Assembly (NCBI RefSeq): GCF_016432865.1
Contig: NC_067400.1
Coordinates: 76,570,001 to 76,634,000, forward strand
Source of the DNA: Antechinus flavipes
Taxonomy: Eukaryota
DNA length: 64,000 nt
Reading direction: 5' to 3'
The notes beneath the pieces were generated by a model. That model made no database searches. It was not told where the DNA came from and worked only from the letters and a program-made list of their open reading frames with translations. Positions 13,321 to 27,864 of the stretch are shown piece after piece. Position numbers and translations under genes: made by a program. Position 1 is the first letter of the stretch; every line of letters begins with the position of its first letter.

Positions 13321-16300
13321 CACTTGTTAGATACTTGAACTTAAAGACGAAAGTATCCTGTTAATCAACAGTTACAAAAGTCACCCAAATATAGATGATG
13401 GGGATTGTGTATATAATAATATAAAACACTCATAACTAAATTTATAGCACCAACAAAAACTATCATTTTCTTAATTTGAACACACCAATATGTGATACAC
13501 ATCCATGTATCAAATGTAGTGGCAAATCTTAATTCAAAAAAACCTACTTTGGGGCATTAATTTGGATTTATACATTTTCAAAGGTTTATGTGATCTGTAA
13601 GAAGTCTCATGAACTGGGAATGAGCTGGCTATATGGCATCTAGATATAAGTATAGGCATTTTAATGTGGATATTATATATAAATAGTACATAGTGCATAT
13701 TAAAATAGGTATTCAAAAGCTATACAATCATCTAGCTCTTAAACCTTTATAGGGAATAAGTTCAAAGAGAGAAATCCTTCAAATACTATAAATAAAAAGA
13801 AAACAAGTTGGGAGATATGTGGACATATATCTTCTCCTTTTCCTTTTCCTGTCCTCCTCCCAATAGAAAAAAACTGAACCTAGCCTCAGCTAGACTTGAA
13901 ACTAGGCTTAGCTGGGGAAAGCTGAAGTTTGTAGCTTTCTAAACTAGTTCTGATCTTAACTCAATGAGAGGAAAAATGTTCTGAGTCCCAGAAAACATTA
14001 GGAAAGGGAACCAATTTTACTTGGTCTAATTCCAGTTTCTCATCTGTACATTAAACACTATGTCCTCTGGCTGTACCACAGTTGCCCTTTCCTCCCATCA
14101 TATTCCAAGGTCTTTTCCTTACTCCAACCAAAACTATTCTTGGGGAGCTCGGAGATTTGGTTTGCATTTGAATAGAAAAGCTCCTTAACTAAAAAGATTT
14201 CTCATTCAATTTAATAGACAATTAATTAAGGATCTATTAGTGGTTAGAAAAAATCCCAACAGTGACTACCTTTGGGAGGCTTACTTTGGAGAAGGGAAAG
14301 GTTGAAATATACTTGAACAGGTGAGTAAATGCAAAAAAATTCCAAGATATGAGAGAGAATAGACTAACTAGAACATTAAGAAAAGATTTCCTATGTTAGG
14401 TGACACCTGAGAGGTGGGTATGGATGAAGATGGACAGTCTCTGTGCAAAGACACAGAAAGGAGATGGGATACAAAGTAAGAGAAGAGCTAGCAAGACAAT
14501 ATATGAATACAAGTCAATATGAAACAAATCTCGAAAAATGAGCTCAAATCAAATTGTTACAAGTTTTAAATTCTAAGCTGATAGTTTTTTACTTTGTCTT
14601 AAAGGTAAATAAAGAATCACTGAAGATTTAACATCAGTGAGCCAATTCTTGCTTATTCTAGATCCCTAACTCCCTTTCTGTATTTTGCCAGAATAAAAAA
14701 GGTTGTAATTAGCAGTATTTAGAGACTAACTGGATCTACTTGCAGAGGTTATTCAAAACGACAAACAAGAATTATCAGTGTCCAGAAGATCTTTCACATC
14801 TTCTAAGTCATTTCAAAGGATCTTCATTTGTGAAAGTGGGGAGTGTTTTGATCACCCAGAAAATCTAGAAGAGACAGACCTAGAAGAGATATTTTATCTC
14901 AGGACCCTCATAACTTTCATGGTCCATGCTTCTGTGATTAGTCTAACTAACCTACAATTATTATTCTATGATCTGTAAGATCCCATGGGAGTCCCAAATC
15001 TATGAACCTATTTAAATATACAAACTGATGAAAGCTCCTTCACCAATGTGATGGATTTTGTTTTTAATACAGAAACTTATGAAATTTAATATCAAACTAA
15101 CCATCACACAACAATGGGTTTTATATCATTAAAACTTTTACTGCTCTTCCCAACTGATACCTGTGAATTATTAAAGTATTGAATCAAATTTCTATAGCAA
15201 CACTTTAATTGCTTAAATTAGCTAAAGGCACACTTCTAGCCAGTAAGCTAACTGCATTGGGATAATTGAAACAGTTTAACCTTATTAATGGAAGTATCTC
15301 TAAAACTTTACTAAGATCCTTTTATACATTAGTCATTTTTGGATCTTCTTTATAATAGATTTTACTCCCACTTATTCATATTCAACTTTAACAAAAATTT
15401 AATACCAATTCTGCATTCTGTATTTTACTGTTAGAAACCATGTGAAACAGCTGCATATAAAAAGTGTGCTCTTCAAGGAACATACCAGGTCAGAATATAT
15501 GATTAACATGAAATAATGGTTTCTGTGGAATTAAGAACAAAAGGTGTTCAAGGTATTCAAAGGTGTTCAAAAAAGAATTACTAAGTGTTAAATGCCAGAT
15601 AAATGATGTTGCAGAAGGAATATTAGACTTAAGCAGGACTTTCAAGAACAGATGAAATTTGGAAAGATAGACAAAGTGAAAGCTAGAGGGAGAAAGAATG
15701 ATTAAGGATACAGTAAGAATTGTGTTTGGAAAGCAATGAAAACATTAGATTTACTTCATCATCAAAGGTAACAACAAGAGGTGAGGGGAAGGGGGCCGGA
15801 GACAATAGGTGGGCACAGAAGACAAGGATGGGCTGGGGGTTGTGGCCTCAGACACTAGTTGTGGGCCCTTGGGCAGGAATCACTAATATTTCTAATGCTT
15901 AATTTTCTCATCTGTAAAATGTAGATGAAAATAATACTATCTACACTTCAGTGTTGTCTGGGGATCAAATGAGAATATGTATGCTTTGCTAAATTTATAA
16001 ATGCATGCTAAGATTACTATATTAATTTGATATTGTCTTGAGATATTTTGAAGGAACAACATGGACTAGTTATATACCAAATACAGGAAAAATTAAGACT
16101 TCAAGCTTAGGAAAGTCTGTTAAAAGACAAAAATGGGTCTTACATGTACATCATGTCCTTCCAAACGACTTATCTTGGACTTTGTTAAATGCTAAAAGTA
16201 TAAGCCTAAGTAAACACCAACACAGACCAGGTGAAGGTTTTTTAATATGGCTTAGTGAGGTCTCCTGGCCAAGCTACTGCCTCTATTTATGAAGTGATAC

Positions 16301-16849
16301 CAACCATCCTCCTCCTCCATAGTGTTTTACAAATAAGTTTACATTCTAAACTAATATTAAACTTAGCATCTTTCCCTCTCTACAAGGTCATTAAATGTTG
16401 TCTAAAGACATTTCTGGATTTTTTTCCCCTACTCTCTTTTGTGGTAACTGCATTATACTGGCTAAAATTTTTGTAGAAAATAATGACTGAGTCATTATCT
16501 TTGCTTTAAACATTGTGAATCTCAATTTCCTCAAAATATTTCATGGGCTTATGATAGATTATCAAGAAAGTGCTCTATAATAGTAAAATACTATATAAAC
16601 ATAAACTATCATGATTATTATTTAACCTAAATTTATTTCAAAATAGTAGACATTAAATTGAACATTAAAAAATACATATATATCACTATGGGAAGTGGGA
16701 TGAAGTAATAAGGCAAGAGTAGGTGCAGGGCTATATTTGGAAGCAGGAAGATTTGCATTAAATCCTGCTTCTGAAATTGTGGAGTCACAGAGCTTCGGTT
16801 TTCTCATCTGAGCATCTCATGTGAGAATGAATAAAAAGGGCTTTTTTGA

Positions 16850-17340
16850 TGGACCGATTTCAGAAAGACCTGGAAAGACTTCATGAACTGATGCTAAGTG
16901 AAGGGAGTTAGAACCAAGAGAACATTATACACAGAAAAGCAAAATTATATGATGTTCAATGAGATGATTCAGGCCAGTTCCAATACTTCTGATGGATAAA
17001 GTGCCATCCACATCCAGAGACAGAACTATGCAGACTGAATTTCGAGCACAACATAGTATTTTCATCTTTTTTGTTGTTGTTGGCCTGGTTTTTCCCCTCT
17101 CGTTATTTTTCCTTTTTGACATGATTTTTCTTGTGCAGTATGATAAATATGGGGGAGGAGGGAGGAGAAGGAGGAGAAGGAGAAGGAGAAGGAGAAGGAA
17201 AAGGAGAAGGAATAAAAAGAAGCACAATTCAGAATAGGGCTTCCCCCGCTCCCATTTCTTTTTTTTTTAAGAGGGTAAATATAGGGCTCTCTAAATGCCA
17301 CCCTTCTCCATCATTGGGAATATCTTTTTTTTTTTAATGG
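16850..17340 (+). mobile_element. L1 3'-end fragment (ORF2 tail/3' UTR, marsupial type), containing a purine microsatellite
   Basis: GAAAGACTTCATGAACTGATGCTAAGTGAAG...AGAACCAAGAGAACATTATACACAG is typical of the marsupial L1 3' region; boundaries approximate. Confidence 0.7.
17151..17212 (+). repeat. (GGAGAA)n / (GGA)n polypurine microsatellite
   Basis: Directly visible; it produces the poly-R, poly-L and FS-repeat spurious ORFs at 16925-17337. Confidence 0.9.
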
Positions 17341-19645
17341 ACTAATTCCATGTAACTGACGAGTTGGTCCCCAAAGGAGCCCTAATTTCAACTTAGTAAC
17401 AATTTAAAGGAAAAGACCTCTTTCCAGAAGAAAATAATTATTCTTTTACTGAAGGGGGAAAAATAGAGGATAGGAAAAGAAATTAGAATACATAGCTAGC
17501 ATATGCATTCTAGTTTCATTTACAATAATACTAAAAGAGGCAGCTACTAGATGGTCAACCTTCAGACCTCAGACACTCAACATTTCTTAGCTGTGTAACT
17601 CTGGGCAAGTTATTTAGTATGTAATTAAGGTTTCTATAGCAAAAACATACCTTTTAGTTTCATTTAAATTAGTACTAGAGCTACTAGTGTAACATGCTTT
17701 CTATAACATAAATTGCCAAGTTTTCAGAACTGACATTTATAAAAACTTCTTTTCAACTACTGAGTATATGTTTATTAAATTTCATCTTACTTTTTGTTCC
17801 ACTGCTCTATCCATTTAGTATTTTCTAGATACCTATATTCTGAAGGCCAATATATTATCTATTCTCCTTTGCTTCATAACACTTGCACACTGACAAATAC
17901 ACAATTCACTGACAAAATTTTAAAAGCAAAAAGGGCAAGCATAGGCTCTCCCCTGGGTAAACTCCATTAAATATCTACCTACTAATGATTATTCTAGCTC
18001 TCTCTCTGACTTTAATCTTCTCTTGTCCAATAATCTTTCTCCTCTATTTACAATTACATTTCTCCTCTTCTTTAGAAAAAAAAATCTTCACTGACCCAGA
18101 TAAATTCTTTACCAACATCTTATTCCTTCCTTTTAAGTAAATTTATTATTTACCCAAATTGCTTCTGTTTTCCTATTACTTATTTTCCTAAATATACCAA
18201 AAATTAGTTTCTATCTTTTCAATTCCACTAGAACTACTTTCTCAAAGGTAACCAATTACTTTATTCTCATCTTTCCTGATCTCTCTGTCAAGGATTCTTC
18301 ATTTCAACTCATCACCCAGTTAAGGAAAAAGTCTTTAAAAGGAAAACAACCAAAGGTAAAAGGGCATTTTCAGAGTATGGTTAAAATGTGCAAGCTATAG
18401 TTTTAATGGGTACACTGGGACTATAATTATGATTCTTATATTAAGAGTTGTCAGATAATTAAAACTAATTTTTATCTTTAGAAGGCAATAAAATAGTTTT
18501 CAGAAATTTATAAAACTCATGCACATATAAACCTGGAAAACTTTAGAAAGTCTTATACAACTTTCTATTATCCTAAATTGCCATGCTAAAAAGAGATGTA
18601 TAATTAAATGTAACCATTCAATTTAAACTGATCTTTCAGTTTGAGGGATACTAAGTTGAGTAGAGAATATAAAATTTGGTATGGATTTTCAAGTCTCTTG
18701 TTCAGTATTTAAAACATATATTACAAATATAGAAAGACTGAGCATCCTAAATTTTCTTCAGAAATCTGTATCTTTCAGAAAAAAAAAAAAAGATAATTTT
18801 CTCAACTCAAGTATAATTAGTCCTAAGGATAGGTAGGCCTTTTTTCAATTAAAAGTAACTAAGATTTTTCTAAGAAACACATGTTACAGATCAAGCTGTG
18901 GAAAGACAGTGAGTGCAATGTTTTTTGTTGGGGAAAGTAGCATTAAGATACAAAGACAGAAAGATAGAAATTTTGGCATTCAATCTGGAGACATACAAAT
19001 GTTAAAAACCATAAGTATTAGGAAATAAAATTGTGGTTACTGTAATCTAAATTTATTCCTAAAGGAGCTTCCAAATATATAAATATCCAATTAAATTTCA
19101 CTCTAGAAAAAGTTAGATTCTAGGGAAGGGGAAAATGGGACTAGGCTTGGGAAAAAAATGAGCCTAGGCTTTGTGTTAATGTCTTCCTACCCCCTCTCCC
19201 CCCCCCCAAAAAAAAAAAGTTATATCACTTTTCCTACTTAAAATAAAAATATTTAACTTACTGTTCTGGTTAAGAACCACAGAAATAATTTTTAAAAACA
19301 ACAACCCAGAAATGTCATTTAAAAATTAAACTCCTTTATTATCTCTTCTGGTAAAAAAGGTCAATTAATATTAAAGAAACAATAATACAAGACCCATCCA
19401 AAGCAAAGCAAGGCTTAGATAACCTAAAATTTACCAATACAATTTTTTTGAATCTCTGCCTGAGACAATTTTCTTTTCCAGTAATTTATCTTTAATATTA
19501 AGTGTTTCAGTAATTCCAAGAGATTAATTTATCAGTCTTCTCAATACAAATAACTTCTAACATTTTCAAAAGCTTTTTGATAGCCTATTAAAATTTATCC
19601 TAAATGGTTTTTTCATTCATTTACCTTTACTGAAAATTACTACAT

Positions 19646-19653
19646 TATATATG

Positions 19654-19685
<32 letters not shown>

Positions 19686-19690
19686 TACAC
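19646..19690. repeat. (TA)n(CA)n microsatellite
   Basis: Directly visible. Confidence 0.9.
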
Positions 19691-20864
19691 ACTATAGTAT
19701 ATATGCTATATACTTATATTATTAATGACATCTAAATAACCTCTTTATGTTGCTTTCACTTACCATTGAAATGGTCTTAAACAGTGTATCAAAAATGAAT
19801 GTACAATGCAAATGTACCACCTTAAAAATTGTTTATAGTAAGTCCTTCCAAAGAACTTTTCACAGCTTATTATTAAAGCTTCATTAGATTAATTGCTTAT
19901 GATCAACCACTTTTATACTTCTCTTACTGTTGCAATTTTTGTGGCTTATTACCTTTGAAATTTAATGCAGAAATTTTCTCAAAGTCAATCTAGTTTAAAA
20001 AAATATATAGCTGCTAGACAACAGATTTTTATGATCAGATTTTTAATCCATGGATCAAAATAATTAAAGTTATAAGAAGATATTTCTGATTTACCATCAA
20101 GTGACTTAATTTTGACTTTCATACTGTAGGATGTCACTGTAGGAATTTACTTTAAGAGGAATTTAAATATTCTGAATTTGAGAGATTGTTTTGACTAAAA
20201 CTCTAAATCTTTCCTTCTCTCCTTTTATATTATGATGGCAGTCAAGGAGATGTGAAATAGATTCAACTTTTCATATATTAATTCTTAATTCTCTTACTAA
20301 TAATCTACCTAAATACCTTTCTAAACTAAAGAGACTATTACTTGTGTAATGATACTTCTAATGCGTAATACATGTAATGTTTTCTAACATGCTATATACT
20401 ATTTTTAAAAGTGCTTACTTATCAAAAACATCATCTTTATCCAATAGTGTAAACTTTTAAAAGGACAGCTGTTGCGGCTTTTTTAAACCAATTTTGCCAA
20501 ACAAAGCATGTTTAATACCTTCTCTTTTTATTTAAGTTCCAAAAGTTTTCATAAGCATTAAGAAAAAATATGATCCTTTTTATTTTCTTATCTGAGCATT
20601 CAGTACTCACCATAAACTACTAATTACCCTAAAGTGTCAACAATCATTCTTAGTTTGTGCTATTTCAGATAATCATTTCTTCTATCCATGACTTTGATCA
20701 GAATAGGTACAAGATTTTGAAGTTTAGAGCTATAGAAAATTAACTTTTATCTCCTAACCTAGAATTTTTTTATAGTTATTCTTTAAATGCAAACCAGATA
20801 ATAGGAAAAAAAAGAACCCACATGATTTTATAGAAAAAAGACAACCTCATGAAAAGACACTTAC

Positions 20865-20916
20865 TGTGAGTGGATGGGATTTCTCATCAAAAATATCCAA
20901 GGATCTATCTGAATCT
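20865..20916 (-). CDS. CCNYL1: CCNYL1 coding exon 6 ((R)DSDRSLDIFDEKSHPLT)
   Basis: 52 nt, TAG acceptor, GTAAGT donor; conserved LDIFDE..HPL. Confidence 0.96.
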
Positions 20917-21011
20917 CTATAAAACAAGAGCATGCATTTTTAAAAACTAATTCAGGAAATATAGTTATTAACTTAGTAAATTATCTGCCATTGGAGGTGG
21001 GAAGAAGCTTA

Positions 21012-21148
21012 NNNNNNNNNNNNNNNNNNNNNNNNNNNNNNNNNNNNNNNNNNNNNNNNNNNNNNNNNNNNNNNNNNNNNNNNNNNNNNNNNNNNNNNNN
21101 NNNNNNNNNNNNNNNNNNNNNNNNNNNNNNNNNNNNNNNNNNNNNNNN
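21012..21148. other. Assembly gap (137 N) in intron 5
   Basis: Run of N; no coding exon is missing because exons 5 and 6 join in frame. Confidence 0.99.
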
Positions 21149-22268
21149 GATTCTATCGTTGTTTTTTCTCTATTCTTTTTGAGACTTAGAGCCTCAAAAT
21201 ATGAAGGATAAAAGATTATAACGAGATTTGCCAATGCTGCCTCTAAATATTTTACTCTCTTTAATGGAGAGTAATTGCCCTTTTTAATGGGCAATAACCA
21301 TTAAATATTAAACTGAAACCATCACCCTTTAATTTTGTTATCCTAAAGCTAAAACCCTACAATTGTGTTTTTCTGTTAAACAATCCACATATTAATGAAA
21401 AAAACAAAAACAAAACCCTCAAAACTTTAACATTCCCAATTACAAAATACAGTAGTGTTTGTAAGGGTTTATCTTAATGCTTATTAGAAAGGGAAAAAAA
21501 TGTTAGGTAATAGAACTTTTTTTTTCCGGAAGAATTTTTAGAAGTTCTAAAAATATGAAACATTTAGGGATTTCTTCCCATTCTTTCTTTGCCAGATTTT
21601 ATGTTATTCTTCTTACATCTAGTTGAACCAATTTTATTTTGTCCATACCTGAGTTATTCATTGATGTAAGTAAACCCTTTCTACCTCTTCCTAAGGTAGA
21701 GGGCAATGCTTGATGACTAATAGTTGTCTGGGGCATTGAAAAGTTAAGGAACTTTCCCACAAAGTCAATAATTATTAAATTAGGTAGGACTTGTTCCCAG
21801 ATCTGACCAGCTTCCTCCTGATCCACTAAGGCAAACTACTTTTCTGGCTAAGTCAACAAGATATTTAAAAACAATTTTTTAAGACAGGTAAATCATTTGA
21901 AGTTTTGCCTTATCAACTTAGTGTCCATTTAATTAAAAATTATTAACTACAATTATGCTAATAGGTCCTTAAGATAAATGAAATGAAAAAATTTGTAATC
22001 ACTTTCTAATTCTTCCTTTTCATATTTCTGAGTGTGGTGAATACATATTATAGGCACAGCATCTCTTTGTAAATATTTAAAATAAGCATGTCAAAGGCAA
22101 AACTAGAAATGATTCCCTCCCTCTTCGTTGCTATAAGAAAGCCTGTTAGAAGTCTGTCTTCACAGAGCTGGCTTTAATTATTTCTATAAAACTAAATTTC
22201 CCTAAAAATGAACCAGATACATGCAAAGTGACAACTTGGAATAACTGTACAGTTGTAAAGGAGCTCAC

Positions 22269-22304
22269 CTGTTTTTTATGTGGTAGTATATTGCTAACGT
22301 CACA
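22269..22304 (-). CDS. CCNYL1: CCNYL1 coding exon 5 ((C)VTLAIYYHIKN(R))
   Basis: 36 nt, CAG acceptor, GTGAG donor; conserved LAIYYHIKNR. Confidence 0.96.
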
Positions 22305-23561
22305 CTGTGGAGGAAAAAGATAGTTTTATAGCAACATATTACTTTTTCTTGACGGGATATCTCTTCTTTACAATGCATTTATTTTAAATGATCATGAAAT
22401 TCTATGGGCGTGAACACTTTAATTCTTAAGCATACTATAATGACAGTTTTCTTGTCTATCTGGCTTATAAAGGAAAAAATATAAAAACTTCAAAATAAGA
22501 TTCTGTTATGACTATCCCAATTTATTCAATACATAAATGCTGAAAATTCCACACTTCATGTGCTTGCTTTATTGTCTCTGTATAAAGTTATGAAAGGTAT
22601 TTTAAAGTAAATAGCTATTATAAGTCAGTAAACATTGAAAAAATATCCTTCTCTCATTACCAAACCAGCTCCCTAAGGATTTCTGTGTCATCTGCCACTA
22701 GATAGCAAGTAACATAAGATTTACTGAAGTCATTTAAAATTCATTTTCTGTAATTAGTAAAAACATTTAAGTGGGTTCAATAGACAGACAGACAGCTATT
22801 ATGAAGTTTACAGTGATAAATGAAGCATTTATCAAATTTAAAAATTTAACAAAATGTAAATTTATGGCGAGCAGTCAATAAATTATTTTGAAAGAAGACT
22901 GGATAAACTTGTCTACTAATGCAAAAAACTGTTTTCATACATTAATTTTTATTAACAACTACTGACATCTTCCATTTGACTTCAGAATCTAAAATAATGC
23001 TTAAAAAGAAAAAGAAATAGCGGGGAAAGAACAAATTTTTAAAAATGCATTAGCTTAAATGTATTTAAGAAAATTATTTAGTACTTTTAAAAATGTGCTA
23101 ATTTAAGATAAAGAAAATCGTATCCGCTCAGGGAGCTATTTTAAAGAACATAGAATAGTTATTAGTTTTCTGAAGATATACTTGGTAAACAAGCTTAACA
23201 TAGTTTAATCTAGTAAGAATTTTAACACCTTTTCTGAAATCCTGGTTACAGTTATTAGTCTGTTCAATAAACCCTTTTTGTATTGGCACTGTTCCAATTA
23301 CTTTTTAAAAGTTAGTGGAATCTGGATTTGCAAAACTTTACTGTACTAAAATTAGGCATTTAAATGTAATTCAAAATTCTACGAAAAAATAACTAACCTA
23401 AAAAGGTTTTTTTAAAATACTCTTAAGGGAAGTTTGAGGTTCAGGGGAAAAGTGTCATCACTCCTATATTTTCCTATCCCTGATCAACTATCACTCCAAT
23501 TTCAATGAAGCTATGAACACATCTTTATTGAGTGATTCCTCGTTGGTATGACTGCTTGCTA

Positions 23562-23586
23562 TGCTGCTGCTGCTGCTACTACTACT
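23562..23586. repeat. (TGC)5(TAC)3 trinucleotide repeat
   Basis: tgctgctgctgctgctactactact; gives the poly-Ser of spurious ORF 23491..23799. Confidence 0.85.
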
Positions 23587-24224
23587 AAAGCCAAGAAAGA
23601 AAAGGGTATTCTGAAATAATATAATTAGGGATTGACAAATTATAAATATTTCCACAAGACTACTTAAGTTCATAATGCTGAAAGAAAAAGTTATTATGAA
23701 ATATATCATTATTCTGAAATATAATTTATATTCTAGAAGATATTTATTTATATTATTTGTTATGCCTTGTACCCAGTCTAGGACAACAATGCACAGCATT
23801 TCTGGAATTGTGAAATAAGAGGTAATCCCAAAGAATTGTATTTCCTAGTTCTTAATGCAGTGATCTGTTCCTAGGCACTAAAATGCTTAAAAGTTGTGCC
23901 TTAGACAATCTCTTAATTTTCTAAATTTCTTAAGTTAAGATGCTTGTTTTGAAATATTATTTTCTTTTTATCCATACTCTTTCTCAGATGAATAAGCCAA
24001 GAGTCTCTATATACTGAAAAGTTACTCTATGAATTTTGAATCACTTTGTATTAAAAATCACTGAGATGACAATTTCACAATGCTTTATTCCAGTTATTTT
24101 CAGTGAATGATGCCAGAGCACAATATAATTTAGGTTTAGCATGTATCATTACTCTGTTACTTATCTAAATGTCTGAATTATTTGTAAACAGGTTCTGTAT
24201 GATGTTAATCTTTAATGTTTAAGG

Positions 24225-24397
24225 CAGGTATTCTTAACTTTTCTATATTCCTCTTTCTCTAGCAGTCTGGTGAACTCTATGAAGCATTTCTTGAAATAAT
24301 ATTTTTTAAATGCACAAGACATAGGATTACAAGGAAAACTAATTATTCTGAAATATAGTTATAAAAAAAATTCACTGACCCCAGATAAAAATACTCT
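24225..24397 (+). mobile_element. Ancient hAT-Charlie-like MITE remnant (family not assigned)
   Basis: caggtattcttaactt start; internal gcagtctggtgaactctatg...cataggattacaaggaaaactaattattctgaaatatagtta; degenerate right end. Recognition from memory only. Confidence 0.45.
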
Positions 24398-27141
24398 CTA
24401 TTTAAGAATGTAGATCTATTTTTAAGTTTAGAATCCTTGTTTCTGATAGTTAATATTAATCCTGCTAATAAAAAAGGGTAGTGTGGGATAATCTTATTGG
24501 GTAGAAAATAGAAAATAATTCAGTTTGCACAGAAGTCCTACCCTTTTGGTCACACAATACTGGAAAGTCCTAGTAAGGTAAAAACCAAAACAGTCCTGGG
24601 TAGCAAACATGCTGGGTACTAGATTGGCCTCTTATTCAAGCAGCTGCCATGATCCACACACATATATATACACATTCACATTCCCTGGCCTTATTAACTC
24701 TGCAAATTAGGGTAATTGAACTAAATTTCTAGGGTTCCCTTCCAGCTCTGAAATTGATGTCTGGTTTTTCTAGAGTGTATCCAAGTCAGCAAGATAGCAT
24801 TTAAGCTACTTTAGCTTAAAAAAACACCTACTTAAATAAAAAGTCACTAAGCAAAATTGGCAAGGATTGGCCATCTGAGGCCTGAGCATTTCCAGAAGCT
24901 ACATCTCACACCAAATTAAGTCAAGTGAAGGAAAAGCATAAAAGACTTTTGAAAAAAAGAATTACTTTCAAAATAGAAAGTTAGATTCCATTCCTTCAAT
25001 TTCTCTACTGGAAGGTACCCCAAACCACAATAAGAAAGCACTTACAAAGTTGATTAATATTCCCTTCTCCCAAATCTGGCCAGAAGTTATCTTGGCAACA
25101 TTTTTTAAAAAACCCTGATGTGTCTTTTTAAATAGCTTAAGAATGTTAAATACTAAACATTCTGATTATCAAATTGTACATGATCTATGCGAGGAAATAT
25201 CAAAACCTCTTACCTGTATTCTATTTACTCTCAGCAGATCAAAGGGAGAAAGGAAGTTATTTATAAAGGAGACTGTTCAAGATCACTGACAAATTTAAAA
25301 GCTAACTAAAATAACATCTTCAAGGAATACCTTTTCCCAAGCACTGGACTTTGGAAATGTTTGCAACAGTTTCCTAAAAATCACACTTTGAAGCATTACT
25401 AACCCTCATGCCTTAGCCTAAGATTTTGAAGTAATTTTTTCCATATTATTTATTCTGATAACTTGTGGGGACAAAGAATAAGTTTTGCTACTTTCTACCT
25501 TTGAATATTAGCAAAGTAAAAGAAAACTAAAAGATCATCCATGTTATCAGCTGTTGTTACTAAAAGGGATTTTATTCAATGTGGCTTCAGATTCAGTGTT
25601 AATTAAAATGGGGGTGGGAGGGAGAGAAAGTACTATTAGTGTAATACTCTGTACCTAGACATATAAATCCTGATGACAGAAAATAATCTCCTAAGAGTTT
25701 CTATAAGCCAGAGTATACAATTTTTTTCGGCAATATATTTTTTTAAAAACACTAATGTTTTAAAAATTGAAGCCCACTTATGACATTTTTGAAACATCAG
25801 AATTTGGTTCTTTACTAGAAACAGTAAGAACTTTATCCAACATCTGCAACATAGTTATGGATTTAACTCAATAGTATCAAAGTTTGGAGAGGAGGTTTAT
25901 TGTGGTCATTATGTTTGCACACACAAATGTACATGGCATGGGCATGTGGTAGATTTAAAAAAGCTTTTGGAAGGCATAAGGCAACAAGGAATATTTGGGT
26001 AGGGGGATCTCCTGGGTAATGTTACATTTTTGGCTTCCAGAAACTTGGAAAAAGTTTATTTTTCCCCCTCTAAGTATGAAAATGAGATCCAGATGTTCCG
26101 TAATCTTGAGGAATTCTAATGCATGTAGAATTAACAAAAAATCTGAAGATATTTTCTGCTAGAGACTACATTGCAGCAAGAATAGAAGGTGAGAAATGGG
26201 ACAGACAATAAACATTTCACTATAGGTATACAGTTTTGTTACTATGTACCCCAAGTTTTCACTCACTGTTGAAGTGAGGATAACATACTTAAACAGGAAG
26301 CTTCTCTGAGATGATTCTTTTTGTTTGGGGAATTTGGTTTGCTAAAGTACCTTTGACTGCATACTTGGCATAGGGCTCTTTCATACAGTTTTTCAGAACC
26401 AGAATATGCATATTCTTTATCAGAAACATAACCTCAGGAATGATTCTAAATGATCCTAATTGCATTTTCTTATCTTCATTTATTATTTTGAGAATTACTT
26501 TTTTCAAATAAAAAAAATGTCTAATGCTCTACTCATGTCTAACTAGAGATAGGGGAAAAATAAAAACCCCAGTTGGATGACCTTAGAAATATGCAGGGTT
26601 ACCACCACAAATTTACTTTTTCAAATTAGAAATATAGAAAGCCAATTTTAAAAAATACAAGTTTAAATTGATATAGGAAAAAGAGAGGATCAGAAATTCA
26701 ATGAAATTAAAAAGGCAACTACACTGTATTGCCAGCAGAGGGACAAGCCATCTCTTCCAAAAGAAGCTTGGAAAGAAATGTGAGCCCCTTTAGTCCATCA
26801 AAAAGAAATTCAAAGATAAGCTTGTCCAGAAATTTCTTCAAAATCAAAGCATCTTCCTCATTTTTCTCAATGCTTGAGTTTATTTCATAAAGCATCAAAT
26901 ATAAGATTTTCCTATGATACCTTAGTTTTTTTCCCCTTCATTCATAAAGGGTAGTAAATAAATATCCACATTGAGGTCTAAGAAATCAATCTAGAAGCTG
27001 ACACCAGTTTCTGAAAAACAACCTGTTGAGTGTCAATTCAGTGACTAAAATTGATTTGAGCTCAAAGTTTCCAAATTTGCTTTTGAGATGAAGAAAGTAT
27101 GATCTGTCACTCAACCTTTAGCACTTTTTAATTGTACTTAC

Positions 27142-27242
27142 CACTTGATTGTGCTTCTGAGATTAGGCTGGCTGACTGTGCTGTCATCAATAAATATTGT
27201 GGAGCATGAGCTATACTTTTTAGTGAGCTGCCCTGGAGACAA
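27142..27242 (-). CDS. CCNYL1: CCNYL1 coding exon 4 ([33 protein letters not shown])
   Basis: 101 nt, TAG acceptor, GTAAGT donor; conserved [19 protein letters not shown]. Confidence 0.97.
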
Positions 27243-27864
27243 CTAAAGGAGAAAGGAAATAAAAAAAATTATCATGGTAATTTAAAAAATTATTTTCCCT
27301 CTACAGATTACAACTTCAAAACATGAAAATACATATAAGACACACACCCAAATGCAAATAAATTCCTTAAAATTTATGATACAAAATTATGATAAAAATA
27401 CATGATAATAACCATGTATGCATCAAAGACAAAAATTTGGAGTTAAAGAAATATTTGAGCAACAAATTATAATAGTTTTACTTGAAAAGTATTTTTAAAC
27501 TAGCTAGAGAATCAATGAATCGCTTGTTAGTGTCTCCTTTTGTCTCTCTCACAGACACACACAAAAAAATTTGTGATTTTTTTTAGGACTAACTAAAAAG
27601 CTGAAAATTTATTTTTATATTCTGTGTAACAATTCAATATGGACTGATGCAGTAAATATTCATGACAATAAGATGCTAACAGATAAAATAAAATTCATAG
27701 AGGGGCACTGTATTGGAGTAAATAAGAATCCATAGGTAACACAGTCACACAGCTGCCCTTAAGAATCACCTCTGACACATACTGGCCAGGTAACCCTGGG
27801 AAAGTCCTTTTTACCCCGCTGGGAATTACTCCTTTCTTTCCCAAGTTCCCTTTAAACTCCCAGA

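Noticed and set aside
16925-17337. ORFs with poly-L, poly-R, FS and GE repeats
   Set aside because: Translations of the (GGAGAA)n microsatellite within an L1 tail.
20968-21294. ORFs spanning the N run
   Set aside because: Artefact of translating through an assembly gap.
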